DNA of 64,000 nt from Ilumatobacter sp. (GTDB lineage: Bacteria; Actinomycetota; Acidimicrobiia; Acidimicrobiales; Ilumatobacteraceae). Numbering within the stretch: position 1 is the first letter of the stretch; each line of letters begins with the position of its first letter. A program made the position numbers and the translations under genes. Below the pieces are notes generated by a model. That model did no database searches. It was not told the origin of the DNA and saw nothing but the letters and a program-made list of their open reading frames with translations. The DNA lies in the NCBI RefSeq assembly GCF_046290335.1, contig NZ_JBKAGH010000009.1:65869-129868 (forward strand), in the 5' to 3' direction. Positions 39,490 to 49,249 of this stretch are shown here, in pieces.

Positions 39490-40586
39490 CCTCGTCGCAC
39501 CACGACTCGACCTCCACGACGCCGAGCCAGCCGACGAGCCCGCCGGTCGTGGTGTTCATGGTCGCGTTCCCCGCTCCTCCGGCGCTCGCCGAATCCCTCA
39601 CGGCGATCCATCCCGACGCCGAGTTGCTCTGGACGCCCTACACCGAATCCGAGGCGCTGCGATCCGCGCGGGGGCACCACGGCGGCCGGAACCCCGACGG
39701 ACTCGAGACGCCGGAGATCACCGACGAGATGCGCGCCCATTGGCAACGCGCCACGATCGCCGTCGCAATGGACCTGCCCGAAGGTCTCGACGAGTTGATG
39801 CCGAACCTCCAATGGGTGCAGAGCATCACGGCCGGCGTCGACAAGTACGACCTCGACGCATTCGATCGACAGGGTGTGCTGCTCACCAACGCCAGCGGTC
39901 TCGGTTCGGCCGGCATCGCCGAGTTCGTGATCGCCCGCCTGCTCCAGGAGTGGAAGAACCTCCGCACGTTCGACGCGCAGCAGCGCGAGCATCGCTGGGA
40001 GGGCATGTTCGGCACCGAGCTCACCGGACGCACCCTGGGGATCGCTGGTCTCGGCGCGATCGGCCGCGAGGTCGCTCGCCGTGCGCGAGCGTTCGACATG
40101 ACCGTGCTCGCGACGCGCGCCAGCGCGAAGCCCGGTGACACCGACGATGCCGTCGACGAACTGTTCCCGGCCGACGCTCTCGACGAGATGCTCGCTCGTT
40201 GCGACGCCGTCGTGTCGACGTTGCCGTCCAACCCGTCGACGATCGGGCTGTTCGACGCCGACCGGTTCGCCGCCATGCCAGCTGGCTCGCTGTTCTGCAA
40301 CGTCGGGCGAGGGGCCCACGTCGTCGAAGCCGACTTGATCGCCGCGCTCGAGTCCGGTCACCTTCGCGCTGCGGCCCTCGACGTCACCCACGTCGAACCG
40401 CTCCCCATGGACGATCCGCTGTGGGACGCTCCGAACATCTACATCTCGCCGCACTCGTCGGTCTCGCTCGACCGTTACGTCCAGAACCTCGAGGCGCTGT
40501 TCGTGGCGAACCTCGGCCACTTCTTCGCCGCCGAACCGCTCGTCAACGCCGTCGACACGGCCGACACGGCCGACACGAACTCATGA
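39486..40586 (+). CDS. D-2-hydroxyacid dehydrogenase
   Basis: GTGA overlap with the FAH gene. GLGAIG, NVGRG, LDVTHVEP, SPHSS (R/E/H catalytic set). Confidence 0.9.
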   Translation: MTSSHHDSTSTTPSQPTSPPVVVFMVAFPAPPALAESLTAIHPDAELLWTPYTESEALRSARGHHGGRNPDGLETPEITDEMRAHWQRATIAVAMDLPEGLDELMPNLQWVQSITAGVDKYDLDAFDRQGVLLTNASGLGSAGIAEFVIARLLQEWKNLRTFDAQQREHRWEGMFGTELTGRTLGIAGLGAIGREVARRARAFDMTVLATRASAKPGDTDDAVDELFPADALDEMLARCDAVVSTLPSNPSTIGLFDADRFAAMPAGSLFCNVGRGAHVVEADLIAALESGHLRAAALDVTHVEPLPMDDPLWDAPNIYISPHSSVSLDRYVQNLEALFVANLGHFFAAEPLVNAVDTADTADTNS

Positions 40587-40596
40587 ACGAACCGGC

Positions 40597-40995
40597 ATGA
40601 ATTTGTCCGACTGGCTCGACGACACCGATGCGCTGGCGGCACTCGACGCTGCGTATGCAGCGGCGTGGGCCTCGACCGACGCTGAGCTTCTCGCGCTGTG
40701 CCGAGACCGGATCGCGATGCTGCTGCGTCACGGGCCGACGGTCGAGGCGATGACCGACGACGATCGTCGCGAGCTCTCCCGCTGGGCCACCTCCGCCACG
40801 TTCACCGATCGCGAACGCGCCGCGCTCGACTTCACCGAGCAGTACGTGGTCGACGTCGCCGCGATGTCCGACGAGCAGGCCGGGCGGTTGCGTGAGCACC
40901 TCGGCGACGAAGAGCTCGTGAGTTTCGTCAACGCGATCCTCGTGCTCGAACAACGAATGACGCTCGAACTCGCCTTCGCCGGAGTGCTGCCGTGA
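40597..40995 (+). CDS. CMD/AhpD-like protein lacking the CxxC motif
   Basis: LCRDRIAMLL, FTDRERAALDFTEQY, LREHLGDEELV follow the CMD helical pattern; only one Cys. Confidence 0.75.
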   Translation: MNLSDWLDDTDALAALDAAYAAAWASTDAELLALCRDRIAMLLRHGPTVEAMTDDDRRELSRWATSATFTDRERAALDFTEQYVVDVAAMSDEQAGRLREHLGDEELVSFVNAILVLEQRMTLELAFAGVLP

Positions 40996-41519
40996 ACGCG
41001 TCGCCGCGCCCGGATGGAGCGTCTCGTTCGGCGCGCGTCGCCGCCGGAACACGAGCCGCACCCGCACTCGTCGGCGCGCTGATGGACTTCGCAGCCGCGG
41101 CCGTACGCAACGACCGTGTCGACCCCATCACCACCGAACTCGTTCGGCTGCGCTGCGCGACGGCGCACGACTGTCGTACTTGACTGTCGCTGCGCTCGGC
41201 AGTTGCCGAGCAACATGGTCTCGACGAAGACCTCGTCGCTCAACTCCACGCACCCGACCCGCAGCTCACCGATGCACACGTCGCAGCGATCGACTTCGCA
41301 ACTGCGATGATCGTCGACCCGGCCGGCATCACGGCGGAGCTCGGCGACCGGCTGCACCAACACTTCACCACGGGGCAGATCGTCGAACTCGCGCTCGACG
41401 TCATGAAGTGGAGCTACCAGAAGGTGACCGTCGCGCTCGGCACCGACCGCGAGATCGTTCCGGGCCAACTCACGCCACTGCGCTTCGACGACGACGGCAA
41501 CTGGATCCGCCCCACCTGA
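40992..41519 (+). CDS. CMD/AhpD-like probable selenoprotein (CxxU, Sec at residue 64 of 175); split into two ORFs in the track
   Basis: ORFs 40992..41183 and 41307..41519 are in the same frame with no other stop between them. Reads ELVRLRCATAHDCRT-[TGA]-LSLRS...AAIDFATAM...HFTTGQIVEL. A SECIS-like hairpin follows the TGA. Confidence 0.8.
41184..41220 (+). promoter_or_regulatory. Putative bacterial SECIS element
   Basis: 7-bp stem GCTCGGC (41194-41200) / GCCGAGC (41205-41211) with apical loop AGTT, 17 nt after the UGA; a weaker lower stem is possible. Confidence 0.7.
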
Positions 41520-41641
41520 CCCCCACCGATGAGCTTCATCCGCTCGCTACCGGATCATCCTCATCGCTTCGAGGTGCTCTGCCTCGGGGGTCACCAGAGC
41601 ATCGTCGTACGATCGCAGGAACACCTGGAAGAGGGATCGAC

Positions 41642-43867
41642 ATGACGAGCACCATCAACGAAGTCAGCATCGACGCACCGAGCGACAACGACGCGGCGAT
41701 CGAGGTGAAGCGATCGTTCTGCCGGATCTGCCACGCGGCCTGTCCGATCGACGTGCACCTCGACGGCAGCCAGGTCGTCAAGATCAGTGGCGTCGACGAC
41801 GATCCGCTGTTCAAGGGCTACACGTGCATCAAGGGTCGCCAGATTCCCGACCAGATCCACGATCCCGCCCGACTCCGCCATGCGCTCAAGCGCAGTCCGA
41901 ACGGCACGCTCGAGGAAGTCGCGAGCAGCGACGCTCTCGACGAGGTGGCCGCGAAGCTCCACGCGATCCTCGACGAACACGGCCCGCGTGCCATCGCCTC
42001 CTACACCGGCACCGGCGGCTACCAGAACGCACCGTCGCACCCCGTGGCGCAGGCGTTCCACCGGGCGGTCGGCTCCATCAGCTACTACACGTCGGTCACC
42101 ATCGACCAGCCGATGAAGGCCACTGCGCCGATGCGCATGGGCATGTGGGAAGCGGGCCCGCAGAACTTCAGCACCGCCGACGTCATGTTGGCGATCGGCT
42201 ACAACCCGATGGTGTCGAGCTTCGCTCCCTACGGCGGCCTCCAGGGCACCGACCCGTTCCAGACGCTGCGTCGCCGCAAAGCCGAGGGCCTCAAGGTGAT
42301 CGTCATCGACCCGCGCCGCACCGAACTCGCCAAACAGGCCGACATCCATCTCCAGGTGAAGCCCGGCGAAGACCCTGCGCTGCTCGCTGCGCTCCTCCAC
42401 GTGATCCTCACCGAGGACCTCCACGACGCGGCGTTCTGCGACCGCTGGGTCGAACCGGGCCATCTCGACGTGCTGCGGGCGACGGTCGAGCAGTTCACGC
42501 CCCACTACGCCGCCGAGCGGTGCGGCGTCGACGCCGACGACATCGTCGCGGCCGCCCGGCTGTTCGCCGCGGGCCCGACCGGGTCGAGCGGGTCCGGAAC
42601 CGGGCCGAGCATGTCGCCGCACGCCAGCTTGATGGAACACCTGTCGCTGTGTCTCAACGTCGTTTGCGGGCGCTACCTACGCGAAGGACAGCAGATGGAC
42701 TCGGGGGGTCTGTTGCCACCCGCCGCGCCGAAGCGAGCGCAGGTCATCGGCCCGTTCGGCAACCCGAAGGGCCCTCAGAGCCGATTTCGCGGGCTGCACG
42801 GCTACAACGGCGAAATGCCCTGCTCGACGCTGGCACAAGAGATCACCACGCCCGGCCCCGAACAGGTGCGAGCTCTGATCGTCAACGGTGGCAACCCCGT
42901 GGCTGCCTGGCCGGATCAGATCAAGTCCATCGCTGCGATGGAGTCACTCGAGTTGCTGGTCGTGATCGACCACCGCCTCACCCAGACCGCCGACTACGCC
43001 GACTACGTCTTCGCGCCGCGCTTGTCGCTCGAGCGTGCCGACGTTCCGCCGTTCATGGACCGCTGGTTCCGCGAGCCCTACGCCTGCTACACGCCCGCTG
43101 TCGTGACCGAGCCCGAGGGCGACCTGCTCAACGACTGGGAGGTCTACTGGGAGATCGCCGAACGACTCGGCGTCGACATCGAACTCCCGGGCGGGTCGAT
43201 TCCGCACCGTCACGCCGACGGGTCACGGCCGAGCGATGACGACGTCCTCGACCTCGTCTACGCGAAGTCTCGGGTGCCGTTGTCAGAGGTGCGCGCGAAG
43301 AACGGCACGGTCGTGCCCGAGTACGCGATCACCGTCTCGCCGGCAGATCCGGATGCATCGGGCCGGTTCCACGTCGCGCTCGACGACCACATGGAGGAGT
43401 TGCACGCCGTCCGTAGCGAGACGACCTCCGCCGAGGTGATGGCGGGGTTCGACCCGGCGGTCCACACCTTCCGACTGATCAGCCGGCGGTTGAAGTCGCA
43501 CCTCAACTCGCTCGGCCGCGAGCTGCCCGGGCTGGCTCGCAAGAACTCGACCAACTACGCGTACATGCATCCCGCCGACCTCGACGACCTCGGCATCGCC
43601 GACGACGACCTCGTACGGATCGCTTCCCCCCATGCCGAGTTGATCGGTGTCGTGAAGGGTGCTCCCGACGTGCGCCGCGGCGTCATCTCGATGGCGCACA
43701 GTTGGGGCTCGTCGAACGGCACCGACGAGAAGGTGCGCGACATCGGCGCACCGACCAATCGACTCATCGACGTCGACAACGGCTACTGCACGATCACCGG
43801 CCAAGCGGTCCAGAGCGCGATCCCCGTCAGCGTCGAACCCGTGAGCGAGGACGCACTCCTCCCCTGA
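41642..43867 (+). CDS. Cytoplasmic molybdopterin (DMSO reductase family) oxidoreductase with an N-terminal [4Fe-4S] site
   Basis: CRICHAAC...CIKG, GYNP, VIDPRRTELA, VNGGNP, TADYADYV, C-terminal RR...NS, MHPADL. No Tat signal. Confidence 0.9.
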   Translation: MTSTINEVSIDAPSDNDAAIEVKRSFCRICHAACPIDVHLDGSQVVKISGVDDDPLFKGYTCIKGRQIPDQIHDPARLRHALKRSPNGTLEEVASSDALDEVAAKLHAILDEHGPRAIASYTGTGGYQNAPSHPVAQAFHRAVGSISYYTSVTIDQPMKATAPMRMGMWEAGPQNFSTADVMLAIGYNPMVSSFAPYGGLQGTDPFQTLRRRKAEGLKVIVIDPRRTELAKQADIHLQVKPGEDPALLAALLHVILTEDLHDAAFCDRWVEPGHLDVLRATVEQFTPHYAAERCGVDADDIVAAARLFAAGPTGSSGSGTGPSMSPHASLMEHLSLCLNVVCGRYLREGQQMDSGGLLPPAAPKRAQVIGPFGNPKGPQSRFRGLHGYNGEMPCSTLAQEITTPGPEQVRALIVNGGNPVAAWPDQIKSIAAMESLELLVVIDHRLTQTADYADYVFAPRLSLERADVPPFMDRWFREPYACYTPAVVTEPEGDLLNDWEVYWEIAERLGVDIELPGGSIPHRHADGSRPSDDDVLDLVYAKSRVPLSEVRAKNGTVVPEYAITVSPADPDASGRFHVALDDHMEELHAVRSETTSAEVMAGFDPAVHTFRLISRRLKSHLNSLGRELPGLARKNSTNYAYMHPADLDDLGIADDDLVRIASPHAELIGVVKGAPDVRRGVISMAHSWGSSNGTDEKVRDIGAPTNRLIDVDNGYCTITGQAVQSAIPVSVEPVSEDALLP

Positions 43868-43873
43868 ACCACC

Positions 43874-43902
43874 CAGGTCATCGTGCCAGGCACCATGACC
43901 TG
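43874..43902. repeat. REP-like palindrome, family A, copy 1
   Basis: CAGGTCATCGTGCC-A-GGCACCATGACCTG (one mismatch). Confidence 0.85.
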
Positions 43903-43977
43903 CATCATGAGCTTCGGGTCGATGGGGCGTGGAATCCCGTCGCTCGCGTGGCCGCCGGGCGCAGTACGGTCGACCGT

Positions 43978-45156
43978 GTGAACGACCTCGACGACGTCGA
44001 TGCCGCCGTCGGTTGCGAGCTCGAGTTGCTGGACCCCGGGTGCCGCGCCGAACCCAATCGGGTGGCATCGCTGCTCGACGACGACTTCGTCGAGATCGGC
44101 AAGTCGGGGCGCGAGTACGGCCGCGACGACATCGTTGCGGCGCTCGCCGCCGAGCCGGGCCTCGACGGCGTCACCGTCGGTCCGATGAGCGGCCATCTGG
44201 TCACTGCCGGACTCGTCGTCGTGCGGTACACGACCCACCACGACGACGGTCCGGGTGCCGTCCACCGCACCGGATGGTGGCGGCAGACGACGGACGGATG
44301 GCGGTGCTGCTTTCATCAGGCGACCGTGGCAGCCGAGCTTGCCGGCGAGGCTGGCGCTGTGGCCAGAGGGGACCGGCCCGTCACCCAGACCGACGTCGAG
44401 GCGTCGCTGCGCACGGCCGGCGTGGCGACTGGATCGACGGTGATCGTGCACTGCTCACTGTCGGCGCTGGGATGGGTCGTCGGCAACGCGGTCGCAGTGG
44501 TTCGGGCACTGCGTTCGGTCGTGGGCGATGGTGGCACGATCGTCATGCCAGCGCAGACGGGCCTCAGCGACCCGTCACAGTGGCAGGCTCCGCCGGTGCC
44601 GAAGGATTGGTGGCCGACGATCCGAGCGCACTGGCCGGCGTTCGACCCGGTGATCACCCCGATGCGAGGGATGGGGGCCGTCGCCGACTGCTTCTCTCGA
44701 CTTCCCGGTGTGGTGCACAGTGGTCATCCGGCGCTCGGGTTCATCGCCCACGGACCACGCGCCCCCGAGTTGATGCACCCACACGACCTGGTCGACGGCC
44801 TCGGCGACCGATCGCCGCTGGCGAGACTCGAAGCGGCGGGGGCGGACATCGTGCTGATCGGCGTCGGCCATGGCAACAACACCGCACTCCATCTGGCCGA
44901 AGTCCGCGCCCTGGGCGCCGATGCACCGACGAGACGAGACGGTGTGCCGATGCTGGTGGACGGCCAGGACCGTTGGGTGGAGTTCTCCCACGTCGACGTC
45001 GACGAGCGTGACTTCGTGCTGCTCGGCGATGCCTACACCGCCGCTGGCGGGACCCAGACGCGGGCACCGCTCGGCGCGGCCGAGGTTCGTCGGCTGCCGA
45101 TGCCCGAGCTGATCGACTTCGCCACGAGATGGATCGCAGCGCACCGACCGCGCTGA
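43978..45156 (+). CDS. Fusion of an NTF2-like (DUF4440-type) domain and an AAC(3)/YokD-family N-acetyltransferase
   Basis: N-part ELELLDP...LLDDDFVEIGKSG...WRCCFHQAT; C-part VIVHCSLSALGWV, GTIVMP, GMGAVA, SGHP, NTALHLAE. One uninterrupted frame. Confidence 0.82.
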   Translation: MNDLDDVDAAVGCELELLDPGCRAEPNRVASLLDDDFVEIGKSGREYGRDDIVAALAAEPGLDGVTVGPMSGHLVTAGLVVVRYTTHHDDGPGAVHRTGWWRQTTDGWRCCFHQATVAAELAGEAGAVARGDRPVTQTDVEASLRTAGVATGSTVIVHCSLSALGWVVGNAVAVVRALRSVVGDGGTIVMPAQTGLSDPSQWQAPPVPKDWWPTIRAHWPAFDPVITPMRGMGAVADCFSRLPGVVHSGHPALGFIAHGPRAPELMHPHDLVDGLGDRSPLARLEAAGADIVLIGVGHGNNTALHLAEVRALGADAPTRRDGVPMLVDGQDRWVEFSHVDVDERDFVLLGDAYTAAGGTQTRAPLGAAEVRRLPMPELIDFATRWIAAHRPR

Positions 45157-45187
45157 AGGACGACGGCCCACACGATTCGGCGTAGCG

Positions 45188-46477
<1,290 letters not shown>

Positions 46478-46602
46478 CGAATCACCATATGCGTGCGACG
46501 AACCCAAGGCCACGCACGAGCCACGCACGAGCCGAACTCACGACCCCGCTGAACTCCTGCAGAGCCGACGGTCGGCTACGGATACTGTCGCTGCAGATTC
46601 CG

Positions 46603-47880
46603 ATGGACAGCGCCCCGCTCCCGACCGGCTCGCGCCCCGAACACCGTGTTCGCCGCCGCATCTACGGGCTCGGCTTCGTCGACGAATTCGGTCCGATCTA
46701 CGCGCTGTACACCATCCTGTTCGTCGACAACGGCATCACCACTGCGCAGATCTCCACCGTCTTCCTGCTGTGGTCGGTCGTCGCCATCGTGTTCGAGGTG
46801 CCGAGCGGTGCACTCGCCGATCTCGTCGATCGGCGAAAGCTCGTGGCGTTCGCGTTCGTGTTGCGAGGCATCGGCATCGCGGTGTGGCTGGTGGAGCCGA
46901 GCTATGCGGGCGTGATCATCGGCGCGCTGCTGTGGTCGATCCATTCGTCGCTGGCGAGCGGAGCCTGGGAAGCGTTGATCCACGACGAGTTGACCGCTGC
47001 CGACGACGAAGCCGGCTATCCGACGGTGATGGCCAGAACGCATCAGTTCTCCAACGCAGGCATCGCGCTGGGAACGCTCGTTGCGACAGCCGGGGTCGCA
47101 CTCGGCGCGACCATCGAGCATCTGGGTTGGCTCACGGTCGCGATCCACCTCGTGTCGATCACCCTGGTGCTCCGGCTCCCCGACGTCCGCTGGGTCAAAC
47201 ACACCGACGCACCAGCCGCGACCGACACGCGAGAGTCGATCGACGCGATCGACGCGATCGGCGCGATCGACGCGGTCGGCACGACGTCGCTGTCGAGTTG
47301 GGTCTCGACGCTGCGCGGCGGGCTCCGCCACGCGCGGCGCTCTCCGGTCGCCATGCGATTGATCATCCTGGGCGCGTTGCTCGAAGGGCTGTTCGTCATC
47401 GACGAGTACGTCCCGCTCTTGGCGGCCGACCGAGGGGCGGCGACGGGCATCATTCCGGTTTTCGTCCTGGTCGTCTTCGTCGGCCTGATGATCGGCGACG
47501 AGTACGCGGCGCGGCGCCCGGGGGTGTCCGCCCGGGCGACCGGCGTCGCGTTGATGATCGGCGCTGCGCTCATCGCCGTCGCCGTGATCGTCACGCCGCT
47601 GTGGCCGCTCTTGCTGATCGGGGTCGGCTATGCCACGTTGGAGGTGACGTGGATCATCGGCGACGCCCGTTTCCAACAGCAGCTCCCGCGACGCACGCGT
47701 GCCACGGTCACGAGCGTCCGCGCGTTCGGCTCAGGGATCGTGAGCGTCGCTGCGTTCGCGTTGTTGACCGTTACGTCGATCGACGACACGGCGCCCATCG
47801 CGGGGCTCGTCGTCATGGCCGGCGCGCTGTTCCTCGCTGGAGCACTCGCCACGCGCTGGATCCCGCGAAGCACACCGTGA
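46603..47880 (+). CDS. MFS transporter
   Basis: FEVPSGALADLVDRRK, SLASGAWEALIHDEL, RATVTS; about 12 TM; short IDA repeats in the central loop. Confidence 0.87.
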   Translation: MDSAPLPTGSRPEHRVRRRIYGLGFVDEFGPIYALYTILFVDNGITTAQISTVFLLWSVVAIVFEVPSGALADLVDRRKLVAFAFVLRGIGIAVWLVEPSYAGVIIGALLWSIHSSLASGAWEALIHDELTAADDEAGYPTVMARTHQFSNAGIALGTLVATAGVALGATIEHLGWLTVAIHLVSITLVLRLPDVRWVKHTDAPAATDTRESIDAIDAIGAIDAVGTTSLSSWVSTLRGGLRHARRSPVAMRLIILGALLEGLFVIDEYVPLLAADRGAATGIIPVFVLVVFVGLMIGDEYAARRPGVSARATGVALMIGAALIAVAVIVTPLWPLLLIGVGYATLEVTWIIGDARFQQQLPRRTRATVTSVRAFGSGIVSVAAFALLTVTSIDDTAPIAGLVVMAGALFLAGALATRWIPRSTP

Positions 47881-47885
47881 TCGCT

Positions 47886-47930
47886 CACACCCAAAGGTCA
47901 TCGTGCCTGGCACGATGACCTTTGGGTGTG
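47886..47930. repeat. REP-like palindrome, family A, copy 2 (22-bp perfect arms) between convergent genes; possible terminator
   Basis: CACACCCAAAGGTCATCGTGCC-T-GGCACGATGACCTTTGGGTGTG. Confidence 0.9.
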
Positions 47931-47938
47931 GGCGTGGG

Positions 47939-49174
47939 TCAGACGCGTTCGATGATGATGGCCGGGGCCATGCCACCGCCGGCGCACATCGTGATGAGGC
48001 CGACCTGCTTGTCGGTGCGCTCCAATTCGTCGAGCACCGTGCCGATGAGGATCGCTCCGGTCGCACCGATCGGATGCCCGAGCGCCATCGCTCCACCGTT
48101 GACGTTGACCTTGTCACGGTCGAGGTCGAGGTCGCGCTGGAACTTCTCCGACACCACGGCGAACGCCTCGTTGATCTCGAAGATGTCGATGTCGGCCAGC
48201 GTCATGCCCGCCCGCTCGAGGACCTTGCGAGCGGCCGGAACGGGAGCATTGAGCATCAGCGTCGGGTCGTCGCCCATGTTCGCGGTGGCGACGACTCGCG
48301 CCCGCGCCGAGAGGCCGTGCGCCTTCGCGTAGCTCTCGCTGGCGAACAAGATCGCGGCGGCTCCGTCGACGACGCCCGAGGAGTTGCCGGCGTGGTGGAC
48401 ATGCTGGATGTCGAGGTCGGGGTAGCGCTGGTTGATCAGCTCACGGAACGACTTCGGCACCGTGCCGTCTTCGGACGTGTGTCGGTAGTCGGCGATCGCC
48501 GGAAAGCTCGGCGGCAGCTTGGCGAGCGACTCCAGCGTCGTACCAGGACGCGGGAACTCCTCACGATCGAGAGCGATCGAACCGTCGAGGTTCAGCACGG
48601 GGACGAGTGACTTGTCGAAACGGCCCTCGCGGATGGCCACGTCGGCGCGTCGCTGCGACTCGACGGCCAGCGCGTCGAGGACCTCGCGCGGGATTCCCTC
48701 GAGCGTGGCGATCGCGTCGGCGCAGACGCCCTGGTGCGATTGCGGATGCAGCTCCTGCAGGTGCGCGTTGTTCGCACCCATCGGCAAGATGCCCTTCTTC
48801 GGCAGCGACATCATCTCGGTGCCGCCGGACACGACGAGATCTTCCATCCCCGCCATCACCGAATGCGCGGCGAAGTTCGCCGTGGTGATACCCGACCCGC
48901 AGAACCGGTCGAGGGTGGCGCCGCTGGCGGTGATGTCGTAGCCGGCATCCAGCGCCGCCATGCGGCCCAGGTCGCCGCCCTGCTCGCCGACCTGCGAGCT
49001 GGTTCCCCACACGACGTCGTCGACGTCGGCGGTGTCGAACCCGTTGCGTTCGACCAGTGCCTTGAGCACGGTCGCCGCGACGTGTTGCGGATGCAGGTGG
49101 GCGAGTGCCCCCTTGCCTTGCTTGCCGATACCGCGAGGCGTACGGCAGGCGTCGATGATCAATGCGTCAGACAT
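47939..49174 (-). CDS. Acetyl-CoA C-acyltransferase (thiolase)
   Basis: RFCGSG, NSSGVVDGAA, EINEAFA, GHPIGATG, CAGGG. Confidence 0.93.
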   Translation of the reverse strand: MSDALIIDACRTPRGIGKQGKGALAHLHPQHVAATVLKALVERNGFDTADVDDVVWGTSSQVGEQGGDLGRMAALDAGYDITASGATLDRFCGSGITTANFAAHSVMAGMEDLVVSGGTEMMSLPKKGILPMGANNAHLQELHPQSHQGVCADAIATLEGIPREVLDALAVESQRRADVAIREGRFDKSLVPVLNLDGSIALDREEFPRPGTTLESLAKLPPSFPAIADYRHTSEDGTVPKSFRELINQRYPDLDIQHVHHAGNSSGVVDGAAAILFASESYAKAHGLSARARVVATANMGDDPTLMLNAPVPAARKVLERAGMTLADIDIFEINEAFAVVSEKFQRDLDLDRDKVNVNGGAMALGHPIGATGAILIGTVLDELERTDKQVGLITMCAGGGMAPAIIIERV

Positions 49175-49249
49175 GGGCTCGACGTTACGTCTCGCGACGC
49201 CACCGCGAAGAAGGCGGCGACGCCGCAGCGCAGCGACGCGAGCGCGACG

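Noticed and set aside
40992-41519. Pseudogene reading of the split CMD gene
   Set aside because: Disfavoured, not excluded: the stop falls exactly on the redox Cys, the downstream frame is intact and a SECIS-like hairpin follows.
41180-41641. N-terminal 154 aa of the 895-aa ORF in the track
   Set aside because: Overlaps the CMD selenoprotein candidate in another frame; the molybdoenzyme starts at ATG 41642 after a gaggg RBS.
43978-45156. Calling the gene an aminoglycoside-resistance determinant
   Set aside because: Resembles the chromosomal YokD-like branch; no mobile context and no activity evidence.
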